DNA from: Candidatus Woesearchaeota archaeon
GTDB lineage: Archaea; Nanobdellota; Nanobdellia; Woesearchaeales; UBA10216
DNA: 41,869 bases
Assembly (NCBI GenBank): GCA_016188145.1
Contig: JACPIJ010000042.1
Location: 1 to 41,869, forward strand
Direction: 5' to 3'
Below are positions 7,146 to 16,016 of this stretch, piece after piece. Below the pieces are notes generated by a model that was not told the DNA's origin, made no database searches, and saw only the letters and a list, made by a program, of their open reading frames with translations. The translations under genes were made by a program, and so were the position numbers. Numbering within the stretch: position 1 is the stretch's first letter; each line of letters opens with the position of its first letter.

Positions 7146-9437
7146 GTGAGGGGTTTTTGCGTGGAAAAGGCAGGTTCATTGCTGGAGAGATATGCGCATG
7201 TCAGGACAGGTCAAGACCTGATTAATGCAGGAGTAATTCCTAAGAGCTCGGCAGCGTTTCTCGCATGGATTGCATTTTCACGCCTTTCAAATTTGAAAGC
7301 CGCGATTACGCAGTCTGTTGAGCCTGAGATGCTCGGAAGCTGGTTGCCTGCTTTTGCTCCTGTTATTAAAGAAGTTGGCGAAGTCATATCAAACCGGAAT
7401 GACATAGGTGAATACGCCAAGGTTGGCATGAGGGTTCGTGGCGATGTTGCAACTGCAGACAACCCTTCAGCAACGCTTGAAGGGACTATTAGAGATGCAG
7501 CACGCGGGTCTTACCTTGCGGTTGAGTGGGACCGTCCGATTATTAACAGCAGGTCAATTAAAGGGGTTAAGGAAGGTTACGGAAGTTATGTGTCTTACGA
7601 AAACGGACAAGTCCATCTCCTTGTCCCAGGAGGCAAGGTTGTAGACGGCTACCAGCTCGCAAATGGCGTGGTTGCTGATGAGAAGCTCGGACACAGGGTA
7701 AGGTTTGTAGAAGGCTACGAGTCAACTAGGCGTCGGCGGGATTCCCCGGATGCTGAGGTTAAGATTCCTAAAGGGGCCCTTGCAACGCTTACCAAGTATG
7801 ATGCCGAGAGGCAACGGGTAACAATTAGGCTTGATGAAAAGGTTGAAAGCTTGCGCTCTAACGAGCTTACGATTGGCATGGGTGAAGCCCTGACAAAATT
7901 GCAAGTGTCGAGCCTGGGCCAGATTGAGCCTAAGAGCCTTGAGCACGAAGTTATGAAGGCAGCTTTTTCCGGTTTCTTCCCAACGACTGTGCTCGACATT
8001 GGCACGGCAAGGGATATCGTTGTGGGGTTGCTGATGGGGAAAGACATGGTTTTTTACGGACCTCCAGGATCTGGCAAGAGCCAGGCCGCTAAGGACATCG
8101 TGGCCATCGCACAGCAGCAGGAGGTCATCTTCCACGTTGAAGGCTGCAAGGTCCAGTGCAACCCGTTCAGCCTGTTTGACCCCTCCTTCGCAAAAGTTGT
8201 GCCGGCCTGCCCGGAATGCAAGATAAATTATGATTCCGGATTTAAAGAAACTGGAAACTTTACGCCTCCCAAACCGCAAAAGGTTAAGGTAACCACAGCA
8301 AGATATGGGGAAGGAAAGGGCATTGAAATGTTGGAAGGCACGACAGGGCTTCAGCGCATGCACCTTGCGGGCTTTAAGATACCAAACCTTAGCGACGCAA
8401 ACATGGTGGACCTGGAAAACGAGTTTGACCCGCAGGGCTTTCATCCTGGCGTCTTGAGCAGGACCAACAATGGCATCCTGTTTGCCGAGGAGTTTGACAA
8501 GTGGCGGCCTCAGGCGTGGGAAAGCCTCTTGGCAGCTTCTCAGGACAGCGCAATCAAGCCTGACCAGCTCAGGTTCTCTTACCCGGCAAATGAGGCTTTT
8601 TTTGGTACAGCAAACGACCCTTCTGTTTTTCCAGAAACAATCAACGACCGTATGCTGCTGATAGCCATTGGGTATCCTCAAAACCGTGATGACAGCTACC
8701 TCATCACCAGGCGAGCTTACCACAAGGAAACAGCAATCCTTGAAGCCGTTCCGGTTGGAGACTCTCACACCCAGACCAACCAGGCGCTGAGGCAGGTGCC
8801 CATGCCAGTAATTGTCGAACGAGCAGTAGACGCATTTTATCTGAAATTCAGGAAAGAGTACACCGGACCGGGAAAGACCCAAATATCAGGCAGCAACCGT
8901 TCCAAGCTTGACGCGCTTGATGCGGGAAGGGCAGAGCTCTTTCTGGATTCAATATTTTTCGAAGCCACGCCCGCTACTGCAACTGCTGAATACGCGATGC
9001 GCGGCATTAGGTTTGCACTTGTTACCCGGCTTCAGGAAAGCAGCCCTGAAAAGGTAGCACAGGCAAAGTCGTCTTTGGACGAATACCTGCTGAAGGAGTT
9101 TCCAAAAGCCATGCACGAGGAAGAAGACACGTGGTGGTGCAGGGTGTTCCAGAACATGGCAATTAAGGAGACTCAAGCGCCAGGCATTGAAGGCGCTTTC
9201 CGCGCTGAAATAGCAAGTTACAAGGAAGACCCGAGGAAGGCATTGAAGCCTTTTCAAAAGGTGAAGGCTGCCAATGAAAGCCCTCAGAATCCTAGACTCC
9301 AAAATGCCTTATTGGACCACCCATTTATGGCTTACCTGTTTGGGGAGCAGCCTAAAATGTCAATGGTCAACGAAAGGCAGCTGACCGAGCTTGTGTCATA
9401 CCTGATGGCAAGTCAGGCAAGCTCATCCTGCAAGTAG
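7146..9437 (+). CDS. ChlI/MoxR-clade AAA+ ATPase with long N-terminal extension (SH3-like domains) and Cys insert
   Basis: Walker A GPPGSGKS; ChlI-like GCKVQCNP...CPEC insert; FHPGVLSRTNNGILFAEE (Walker B region); sensor-1 GTAN; arginine finger NDRM; sensor-2-like SNR. The start may be GTG 7161. Confidence 0.8.
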   Translation: MRGFCVEKAGSLLERYAHVRTGQDLINAGVIPKSSAAFLAWIAFSRLSNLKAAITQSVEPEMLGSWLPAFAPVIKEVGEVISNRNDIGEYAKVGMRVRGDVATADNPSATLEGTIRDAARGSYLAVEWDRPIINSRSIKGVKEGYGSYVSYENGQVHLLVPGGKVVDGYQLANGVVADEKLGHRVRFVEGYESTRRRRDSPDAEVKIPKGALATLTKYDAERQRVTIRLDEKVESLRSNELTIGMGEALTKLQVSSLGQIEPKSLEHEVMKAAFSGFFPTTVLDIGTARDIVVGLLMGKDMVFYGPPGSGKSQAAKDIVAIAQQQEVIFHVEGCKVQCNPFSLFDPSFAKVVPACPECKINYDSGFKETGNFTPPKPQKVKVTTARYGEGKGIEMLEGTTGLQRMHLAGFKIPNLSDANMVDLENEFDPQGFHPGVLSRTNNGILFAEEFDKWRPQAWESLLAASQDSAIKPDQLRFSYPANEAFFGTANDPSVFPETINDRMLLIAIGYPQNRDDSYLITRRAYHKETAILEAVPVGDSHTQTNQALRQVPMPVIVERAVDAFYLKFRKEYTGPGKTQISGSNRSKLDALDAGRAELFLDSIFFEATPATATAEYAMRGIRFALVTRLQESSPEKVAQAKSSLDEYLLKEFPKAMHEEEDTWWCRVFQNMAIKETQAPGIEGAFRAEIASYKEDPRKALKPFQKVKAANESPQNPRLQNALLDHPFMAYLFGEQPKMSMVNERQLTELVSYLMASQASSSCK

Positions 9438-9456
9438 GCTGCCATATGCGTGGTGA

Positions 9457-10224
9457 TTGGTGGTTATGGAAACAAACAGCGCCAGTAAAGGCATTCACGT
9501 TGACGACGTTGACGTAAAGCGATACGAGCGCGCAGATTGCACGCTGTTCAGAACACCGCCAGTTGATGTTTCTTCAGTTGGCAGCATTATTGAGAAAGCG
9601 CTTGTGCGCGCGTGGGAGCAAGGCGAATCTGCCGATTATGCGCTCGATTATTTGCTGCGTGAAGGCAGCATAACAGACAAGCTTGCCCAGCAGATAGCCC
9701 AAAGCCTCCAGTTTCAGAGGCAGCGCGCCTTGGAAACAGTAGATGAAGAAAAGGCAAGAGCCATTGGCCAGTACGCTGCTGAAAGGGAGCAGCTGTTGCA
9801 AAGCATAGAAGAAGCACTTGGAACCAGTATCCGGCAGAGGCAGGAAGGGCTGCAAAGGACTATGGGGGAAGCTCGCCAGCAAACAGCAGCGTACAGTGCA
9901 ACGCAGTTACAGCTGAATGAGCTGCGCACTCGTGTTAAATCGCAGATAAGCGAGCTTGGCGGGGTTCAAGGCTATAATGTGCTTAGCCGGATTAGGGAAG
10001 AGTTAATTCAAGACCAGGACCAAGGCCAGGAAGAAGGGCAAATAGGGCAAGTGAAAAAAGGCGAGGAAGGCAGGGATTACCGTAAGCGGCCAGTGCGCCA
10101 AAGGCAAGAGCTGGCCGGAAGCGCAAGCGACCTTGAGGAAATAATTGAGCGCGAGCCAACCAAACTTGGCCGCTTGTGGAAGACGCTGGTCAACGTGGTA
10201 ACTTTAAGGTACTTGAGGAAGTAG
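9457..10224 (+). CDS. Coiled-coil hypothetical protein with C-terminal amphipathic/basic helix
   Basis: E/Q/R/A-rich heptads; ends KLGRLWKTLVNVVTLRYLRK; tightly spaced in the operon. Confidence 0.75.
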   Translation: MVVMETNSASKGIHVDDVDVKRYERADCTLFRTPPVDVSSVGSIIEKALVRAWEQGESADYALDYLLREGSITDKLAQQIAQSLQFQRQRALETVDEEKARAIGQYAAEREQLLQSIEEALGTSIRQRQEGLQRTMGEARQQTAAYSATQLQLNELRTRVKSQISELGGVQGYNVLSRIREELIQDQDQGQEEGQIGQVKKGEEGRDYRKRPVRQRQELAGSASDLEEIIEREPTKLGRLWKTLVNVVTLRYLRK

Positions 10225-10260
10225 TGAAGTAGTGGAGTAGTGGAGTAGTGGAGTAGTGGA
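10221..10260 (+). repeat. Tandem repeat of 8-bp unit GTAGTG(G/A)A x5
   Basis: Directly visible; the first unit contains the TAG stop of the upstream gene. Confidence 0.9.
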
Positions 10261-10283
10261 ATGGTGATGGGTGGCTATAAAAA

Positions 10284-11660
10284 ATGACAGCAAGAAACGC
10301 TCAAAACTCTCCTGCTATTTTAACGCTTGAGGAGTTTACAGAAAGGTTTTCGAAGCGGTATCGGGCAGAGCAGTCCTTCCGCGAGATGGTGCACAGCTAC
10401 ATGAAGCTGTCCGGAATCAGGAAGGCGGCGCTTTCGGTGGCAAAGGCCCTTCACATTCCGTGGTATGGCACAGAAACAGGCAGGATAATCACGAATTATG
10501 CTACGATAATCTATGAAGGAATGTTCAAGCTGCAGAGGGTTGAAAGCGCTATTGGCGAATTTAAGCAGACAAGTGGGGTATTGGGAAGCCAGGCTCAGGC
10601 AGTAGGCAGACTTGAAACTGCAGTTCAGGAGGCTGAAAGTGAGCTCAGAGTTACTGAGGCAGAGCGGCGGGCAGCATTGCAGCAGGCTGACGAGTCGTAC
10701 CTTGCGAAGACAGAGGGGGAAGAGCAAGCCGCCCAGCAGGCAGCAGGGGAAGTAAGGAGAAAAACCGATGAGCAGGAAATCGTAAGGGGGAAGTTGAGGG
10801 AGTTTGTTGTTAATTCCCCACTCGTCAAAATGTCAGAACATGGCACACTTACCTTTGACGAGGAAAGAATTATGAGGCGGCTTGAAGAGGTTGCTTTAGA
10901 CGAAATAGTTGAAGGAATTGAAAGCGAAGGCTCCACAGGTTTTATGGCAAAAATGAGGGCTTCTTATGATGGGCTCATAGCTTACTGGGCAGAGGTTGAA
11001 GACTTCTCCGAACTGCCAAACGTTGACTGGATACAGTCAGCCATCCTTTCAAGGACAAAAGGCTACAGGGTTCCGACATTCCCTTACTGGGTAGCTGGGA
11101 AACCCGAGGATAAAGCCAAAGCCAGGGTCTCTGTTGACACTGCCATAAGCCTTGACGTCAGCGGCAGCATGAGGGAGAATAACCGCATGGTTGCCGCAAG
11201 AAAAACAGCCACGGCAATGGTTGCACTGATGAGGCGCCTAAACTCTCGTAACGAAACATTCCTTTCTGTTTTCAGTTACGAGATTAACCCAATAACAACC
11301 AAAGACCTGAGGACAATCGTGCCTAATGGGGGTACAAGGACAGAATACGCGCTTGATTGGATGATACAAACGCTGAAAGACAGGGGGCCAAGCCTTGCCT
11401 ACCTTATAACCGATGGCGCCCCAAACTACCTCGATGCTACTGTAAAGGCGGCAAGGCGGTTTCAGGATCATCCCTACATAATGCTGAGAATCTTCCTTAT
11501 AGACGGGGACAAGGAAACAGAAGAAAATGTGCGAAAATTCGGCAGTGCTGCCGGGCTGCAAACCAAAGTCGTGCCCGTCAGGAACTACCAGCTTGGCGGC
11601 AAGGTTATTGCAGACATGTCGAAAGCCATTGGGGAGATGCGCGGAATAGCGGAGTTTTGA
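10284..11660 (+). CDS. vWA (MIDAS) domain protein with N-terminal coiled coil
   Basis: MIDAS DVSGS, GGT, LITDG. Typical partner of ChlI/MoxR ATPases. Confidence 0.88.
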   Translation: MTARNAQNSPAILTLEEFTERFSKRYRAEQSFREMVHSYMKLSGIRKAALSVAKALHIPWYGTETGRIITNYATIIYEGMFKLQRVESAIGEFKQTSGVLGSQAQAVGRLETAVQEAESELRVTEAERRAALQQADESYLAKTEGEEQAAQQAAGEVRRKTDEQEIVRGKLREFVVNSPLVKMSEHGTLTFDEERIMRRLEEVALDEIVEGIESEGSTGFMAKMRASYDGLIAYWAEVEDFSELPNVDWIQSAILSRTKGYRVPTFPYWVAGKPEDKAKARVSVDTAISLDVSGSMRENNRMVAARKTATAMVALMRRLNSRNETFLSVFSYEINPITTKDLRTIVPNGGTRTEYALDWMIQTLKDRGPSLAYLITDGAPNYLDATVKAARRFQDHPYIMLRIFLIDGDKETEENVRKFGSAAGLQTKVVPVRNYQLGGKVIADMSKAIGEMRGIAEF

Positions 11661-11848
11661 CGTATGCAATGAATTTTCATCCACGGGAATTCTATGCCAA
11701 CCATCAAGCATAACATTTATAAAAGTGTCTTAATTCCTCAGTTGTTAATTAAAGGTTTTAGGGTTTGGGGTGAAGTGGCATCACAACAGAAGGCAACAAT
11801 CCAGCACAACAGGCAGCCAGCAAGCCAGCAAGCCCTGGCGAACAGGCT

Positions 11849-13057
11849 TTGGAGAGAATTCTTGAACGTTATAAGGGTCCTCAAGCGGCAGCGCACCGTG
11901 CTTTTGACGCTACTTCAGGGCAGGCAACAAGAGCCCAAACGCGGATTAGCCGCGGACCGACTCAGACTATAGGCGAGGAATCAGGGCTCGCTGAGCATTA
12001 TGCAAGGATGGCTGAGATAGAGCAGCAGCTAATACAGTATGCAGACGACCACGGCAAGCTTACCAAAACCTTTCAGGAAATATTGGCTGATAAGGGCTTG
12101 TCCATGGGTGATAAGTTCAGGATTGTTCTGTACAATCTAACCCTTCGGGCAAATAAAGCGAAGCAAGTGCCGATTGAGGCTGCTCGGAGAAAGGGCACGC
12201 TTCTTGAATCGCTTGTTAACGACATAGCTGAAGTGTTTGACGAACAGCATCAGACTAGTATCAACGGGGTTGCGCGTTCAAGAGAAATGCAGACAAGAAA
12301 CATTGCCCACATGAAGTACCTTGATGACAAACTTGTGAAAAGCCTTACGGACAGTTATAAGGGTCAGCCAGACTACCTTGCTGCGGAGCAGGAAGTAGGG
12401 CGTTTGGAAAAAGAGCTTTTCGAAATACAAACCGTAATGGAAAGCGTGGAGGCAGAGGTACAGGCTGCCAAGGACGTGGGAGACCTTGCAAGGGTTTCCA
12501 GCCTTACCCAAAAACTAACCGACCTCCTTGAAGTCAAGAGAGGGGTTTATGACGGCAGGTATGGTGCAGAAGGCGCAGTGCTTGAAATAAGAAGGAATAT
12601 GCTTGACAAGGCAGAAGGAATACAGTCTGCTAAGGGTGCGCTTGCTGCTTCAAGAGTGAACTACGAAGCAATAACTGCCTTAATAGACGCCTACACCAAG
12701 CTTGAGATAAAATACAGGCATGCCAGAAGCGACATGATACCAGTTTTCAGAATACAAGCCCAAATAGGAGCTGGGGCTATGCAAGCCGCTAAACTTACGG
12801 ACTCCCTAATCAGGGCTGCAGCTATTTCAGAGCAGCTCATGGCGTTTAACGAAAGCATTGTCAGGCAGATTGGGCGTTCTGTTCAGGACCTCCTACAGAC
12901 TCAGCTGTATGATGAGCAAAGGGCTGCAGCAATCGAGGACAGGTTAAAAGAACACATGAGACAGCTGGCAAAAAACGATATTGAATGGGCTCAGAATCTT
13001 ACGACTGTAAGGAGTACTCCCGGAAATGTAGGCGGCGGATACGCACGCCCTTCATAG
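11849..13057 (+). CDS. Long coiled-coil protein (true start possibly upstream, near 11780)
   Basis: 402-aa all-helical heptad pattern; own TATA (TTTATAAA ~11717). The frame is open back to 11774 without an ATG. Confidence 0.75.
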   Translation: MERILERYKGPQAAAHRAFDATSGQATRAQTRISRGPTQTIGEESGLAEHYARMAEIEQQLIQYADDHGKLTKTFQEILADKGLSMGDKFRIVLYNLTLRANKAKQVPIEAARRKGTLLESLVNDIAEVFDEQHQTSINGVARSREMQTRNIAHMKYLDDKLVKSLTDSYKGQPDYLAAEQEVGRLEKELFEIQTVMESVEAEVQAAKDVGDLARVSSLTQKLTDLLEVKRGVYDGRYGAEGAVLEIRRNMLDKAEGIQSAKGALAASRVNYEAITALIDAYTKLEIKYRHARSDMIPVFRIQAQIGAGAMQAAKLTDSLIRAAAISEQLMAFNESIVRQIGRSVQDLLQTQLYDEQRAAAIEDRLKEHMRQLAKNDIEWAQNLTTVRSTPGNVGGGYARPS

Positions 13058-13115
13058 GCCCTTCATAGGCAAATCCTGACCTGTTTTTCTTACTGCTGCG
13101 GCATGCTCTCTTAAA

Positions 13116-14249
13116 ATGGTAAATGTAACGCGTTCGCACCGGCTGACTGGCAGTGAAAAGGGTAATTACACGTCTGCACTTGATTCAGCACTTGAAGTTC
13201 TTGCAAACGGGCTGGCAGAATTGCCTGAGCAGCACCCAGGCCAGTTCCGCGCTTTTGGAGAAAGAAACAAGTGGGATTGGGATAGGCTGCCAAAGGAGCA
13301 GAACACTTACCAGACATTGGCTGACATGGTTAGGCGAGTTCAGCAGGAGTACAGGTGGTTTATGCCGGTTCTGGATTCTGAAGCTCCCGAGCATAACAGG
13401 GCGTATTTCGAAGAGGTTGAAGTAAGCGCAGAATCAGGGCTTCCCTGGGTTTGGGAATTCATTCGCTTAGCCAGCCTGAAAAGAGACGCTCCGCAACTGC
13501 TTCAGGTGATGCCAACGTACCAAAGGGCTGTGCAAACTTTTCGCTCTTTGCTGCTTGAAGATTACGTCAAGCCCGAGGAAGTCCCGGAAAGGGTTGAAGC
13601 CCTTCACAGGGATGCGTTGCGAAGGAGTTTTATTGAGCAGTTACGAGGCGCAGAGCTGCTTGATTGGCACCAGGGAAAAAACAGCTCTCCGGTGAAGGCA
13701 AGAAAACTGCTAACCCTTGGCGCAGAGCAGCTATGGAACATAACAGTTATTAAGTATTCGGCAGCAAGCAGCCTGTTTCACTTGTACGCGATTGACGCTT
13801 GGCAGGACGTTCGCGAGCCCGTATTTAACGAAGTGGCAGCAGGAAATGTTTCAATATCCCCTTCGTTTGAAGCGCAGTTCGAGTTCGGAACCCAGAACGA
13901 GGCATGGTACATGCTTAGGCAGATTGACCAAGCTTTCAGAAGCCTCCACCCAGTGCATGTTTCCAGAGCGATTGTAGGACCGTTTGAAGGCAGGTATTCG
14001 ACAAGCCCAAGGGAAATACCTATGCTTCCAGTAACAAAACAGCTGCTGGCAGAAGACTTTGGCGTAAAACTTTTTAGGTTTTCAAGGCAATACGCCTTTG
14101 CGCCCAACCACGTTGAAGTGCTTGGAGAGCCTCAACAAGTTGTCCACAGGGAGGACTGGCGGGATGAAGTTATCGTATGCCCTGCGAAATACGCCTCGCA
14201 GGTTGCAAGCTCTGTAGCAGGAACTAACATAAAGATTTTCAAGATGTAA
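13116..14249 (+). CDS. Conserved hypothetical protein of the AAA/DUF6638-like cluster
   Basis: 377-aa ORF in the operon. Motifs ESGLP and ID..F..LHP....R..VGP resemble, from recall only, proteins encoded next to DUF6638 genes in bacteria. Confidence 0.7.
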   Translation: MVNVTRSHRLTGSEKGNYTSALDSALEVLANGLAELPEQHPGQFRAFGERNKWDWDRLPKEQNTYQTLADMVRRVQQEYRWFMPVLDSEAPEHNRAYFEEVEVSAESGLPWVWEFIRLASLKRDAPQLLQVMPTYQRAVQTFRSLLLEDYVKPEEVPERVEALHRDALRRSFIEQLRGAELLDWHQGKNSSPVKARKLLTLGAEQLWNITVIKYSAASSLFHLYAIDAWQDVREPVFNEVAAGNVSISPSFEAQFEFGTQNEAWYMLRQIDQAFRSLHPVHVSRAIVGPFEGRYSTSPREIPMLPVTKQLLAEDFGVKLFRFSRQYAFAPNHVEVLGEPQQVVHREDWRDEVIVCPAKYASQVASSVAGTNIKIFKM

Positions 14250-14289
14250 TGTGTAATGTAAGATGTAGCGTATGGCATAAGTGGTACAC

Positions 14290-16002
14290 ATGGCTGAAGT
14301 AAAAACGATAGTGCTTGATGAGTTGGTTGCTTCAGAGGTAAAAACTGTGCAAGCAATCGTATCAAAAAGCGGGCAGCCTTTGAACAGGTCGCTTTACGAC
14401 GCAGTGGTTCACGAGCTTTCCGACGGAACAAGAAACACACCCAACCAGATTCAGTACCTTGACGCTTATGAGCAGGCGGTTTCTGTATTCAGGGCTGCTG
14501 CCTTGCAGCTCAGGGTAGAGATGGATGTCCTCACGCTTGAGCAGAGGCTTGCTGCGAGGCAAAGCCCAGCCCCAGCCGCTGGCGCTTCAACTCAAGACGA
14601 GCTTCAGAAGAGAATCACCGACGCGATAGTCTTCAGCAACCGCTATGCGCTCTTCCTCGCAGGTAATGTTGGCCTTGCACTTCTTAGCTCAGAAAAACCG
14701 GCAGAGGTTAAGAGCCACTTCACTTTTACTGATTACGAAGCAAGCAAGGATAGGGACCAGCATACAGCGAGCCTGGCAAGGCAGAACAGTGAAGACTTGC
14801 TCAGGGTAATTTCGGAGAAAAGAAGCCAAGGAATGCCCGTAAGCGATGACGACCTTAAATACACACTTGAAGGAATCTTTGCTTCGTGGATTAACCAGTT
14901 TAAGTGGGACACCTTTAGGGAGGTTGCGGAGCCATTCGGTGCTGATAAGATAAGGCTACAGTACCGCCAATTTTCAGTTGAGGCAGGAACTTTCCAAAGA
15001 AAGCATACCTCTGTTGTCGTTGACGAGCGCTTCATGAACGCGCGAAGAGCAGACATTATCAACAGCGAGGAATATACCGGAAGGATATGGAACAACATGA
15101 TTAAGCTCCTCGCGTACGACCACCAAAGGAGGAGAAACCCTTACGACCCTGCATTTTGCGTATTTACATTCGGCGCGCCTGGAGGGGGCAAGACGTTTAT
15201 TGCCCATGCCCTGGTAAGAGAGCTCGAAGAGTTATGCAAAGATCGTGGCGTTCCGTTCTGGGCTTTAACGCACAGCACTACGGACTACGCCTCACATTTC
15301 CAGAACCTGACTGCCAACCGTCTTTCGGAGCTTGCAGCACAAATAAGGGATTTCCCTGGCCCTGTAATCATGTACGTCGCCGATGCTGACAACCTCTTCC
15401 AGTCGAGGAAAGACCCAAGGTTAACTTCTGAGCAGCAGCAAACCCTTGCCGTGTACTTTAAAATGTTTGACGGCCAGCTCATTCCGAAGAACGGGAAGTT
15501 CATGGCAATCATGGACGCAAACTACATAGAGGGCATTGACGACGCAACCAAAAGCCGGCTTTTCGATGAAATACTTGAGCTGCCGAGGTTTGTAAGTGAA
15601 GAGGATTTTGCAAGGCTTGCGAGGATGCAGCTGACAAAGGGCTTGGAAGGAGGCATACCAATTCCAGAGCAAGACTGGCTTGAGGTTGGGAAGTATCTTT
15701 TGGAATCGCCTCTGAGCAACAGGGAAGTAGGGCACGTGATAAACGGCCTCAGGAGGGGTTTTGATGTGCCTGAAAGCATGGTTGGCGCGCCTTATGAAGA
15801 GCACGTGGCTTACCGGAACCATCAGTTACAGGGCATTACGAAGGCATTTGTGATAGCAAAGTTTAACGATTACATAACAACCCGAATGATGGTGGAAAGG
15901 GCCTCGCGCGAAGCGCGTTTGCGTGATGACACGCAGCGGTTCCTCGACTTCCTCCAACTGCCAGGCGGCGGAGCTACCACCCCTCCTCCTTCAGCAGGCT
16001 AG
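14290..16002 (+). CDS. AAA+ ATPase with helical N-terminal domain and atypical Walker B
   Basis: Walker A GAPGGGKT; Walker B position VIMYVADAD; sensor-1 DANY; IDDATKSR arginine-finger region. In-frame GTG at 14281 is an alternative start. Confidence 0.82.
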   Translation: MAEVKTIVLDELVASEVKTVQAIVSKSGQPLNRSLYDAVVHELSDGTRNTPNQIQYLDAYEQAVSVFRAAALQLRVEMDVLTLEQRLAARQSPAPAAGASTQDELQKRITDAIVFSNRYALFLAGNVGLALLSSEKPAEVKSHFTFTDYEASKDRDQHTASLARQNSEDLLRVISEKRSQGMPVSDDDLKYTLEGIFASWINQFKWDTFREVAEPFGADKIRLQYRQFSVEAGTFQRKHTSVVVDERFMNARRADIINSEEYTGRIWNNMIKLLAYDHQRRRNPYDPAFCVFTFGAPGGGKTFIAHALVRELEELCKDRGVPFWALTHSTTDYASHFQNLTANRLSELAAQIRDFPGPVIMYVADADNLFQSRKDPRLTSEQQQTLAVYFKMFDGQLIPKNGKFMAIMDANYIEGIDDATKSRLFDEILELPRFVSEEDFARLARMQLTKGLEGGIPIPEQDWLEVGKYLLESPLSNREVGHVINGLRRGFDVPESMVGAPYEEHVAYRNHQLQGITKAFVIAKFNDYITTRMMVERASREARLRDDTQRFLDFLQLPGGGATTPPPSAG

Positions 16003-16016
16003 AGCAGGATAATATC

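Noticed and set aside
7722-8882. 386-aa antisense ORF (and other shadow ORFs such as 666-1412, 25719-27722, 35050-35427)
   Set aside because: Fully overlap well-supported genes on the opposite strand and have no recognisable motifs.
10221-10260. Possible CRISPR array
   Set aside because: 8-bp tandem units with no spacers; no CRISPR repeats or cas genes seen in the window.
7146-11660. True magnesium/cobalt chelatase (ChlI/ChlD)
   Set aside because: No ChlH/CobN or tetrapyrrole genes nearby; extra N-terminal domains and coiled-coil partners point to another role.
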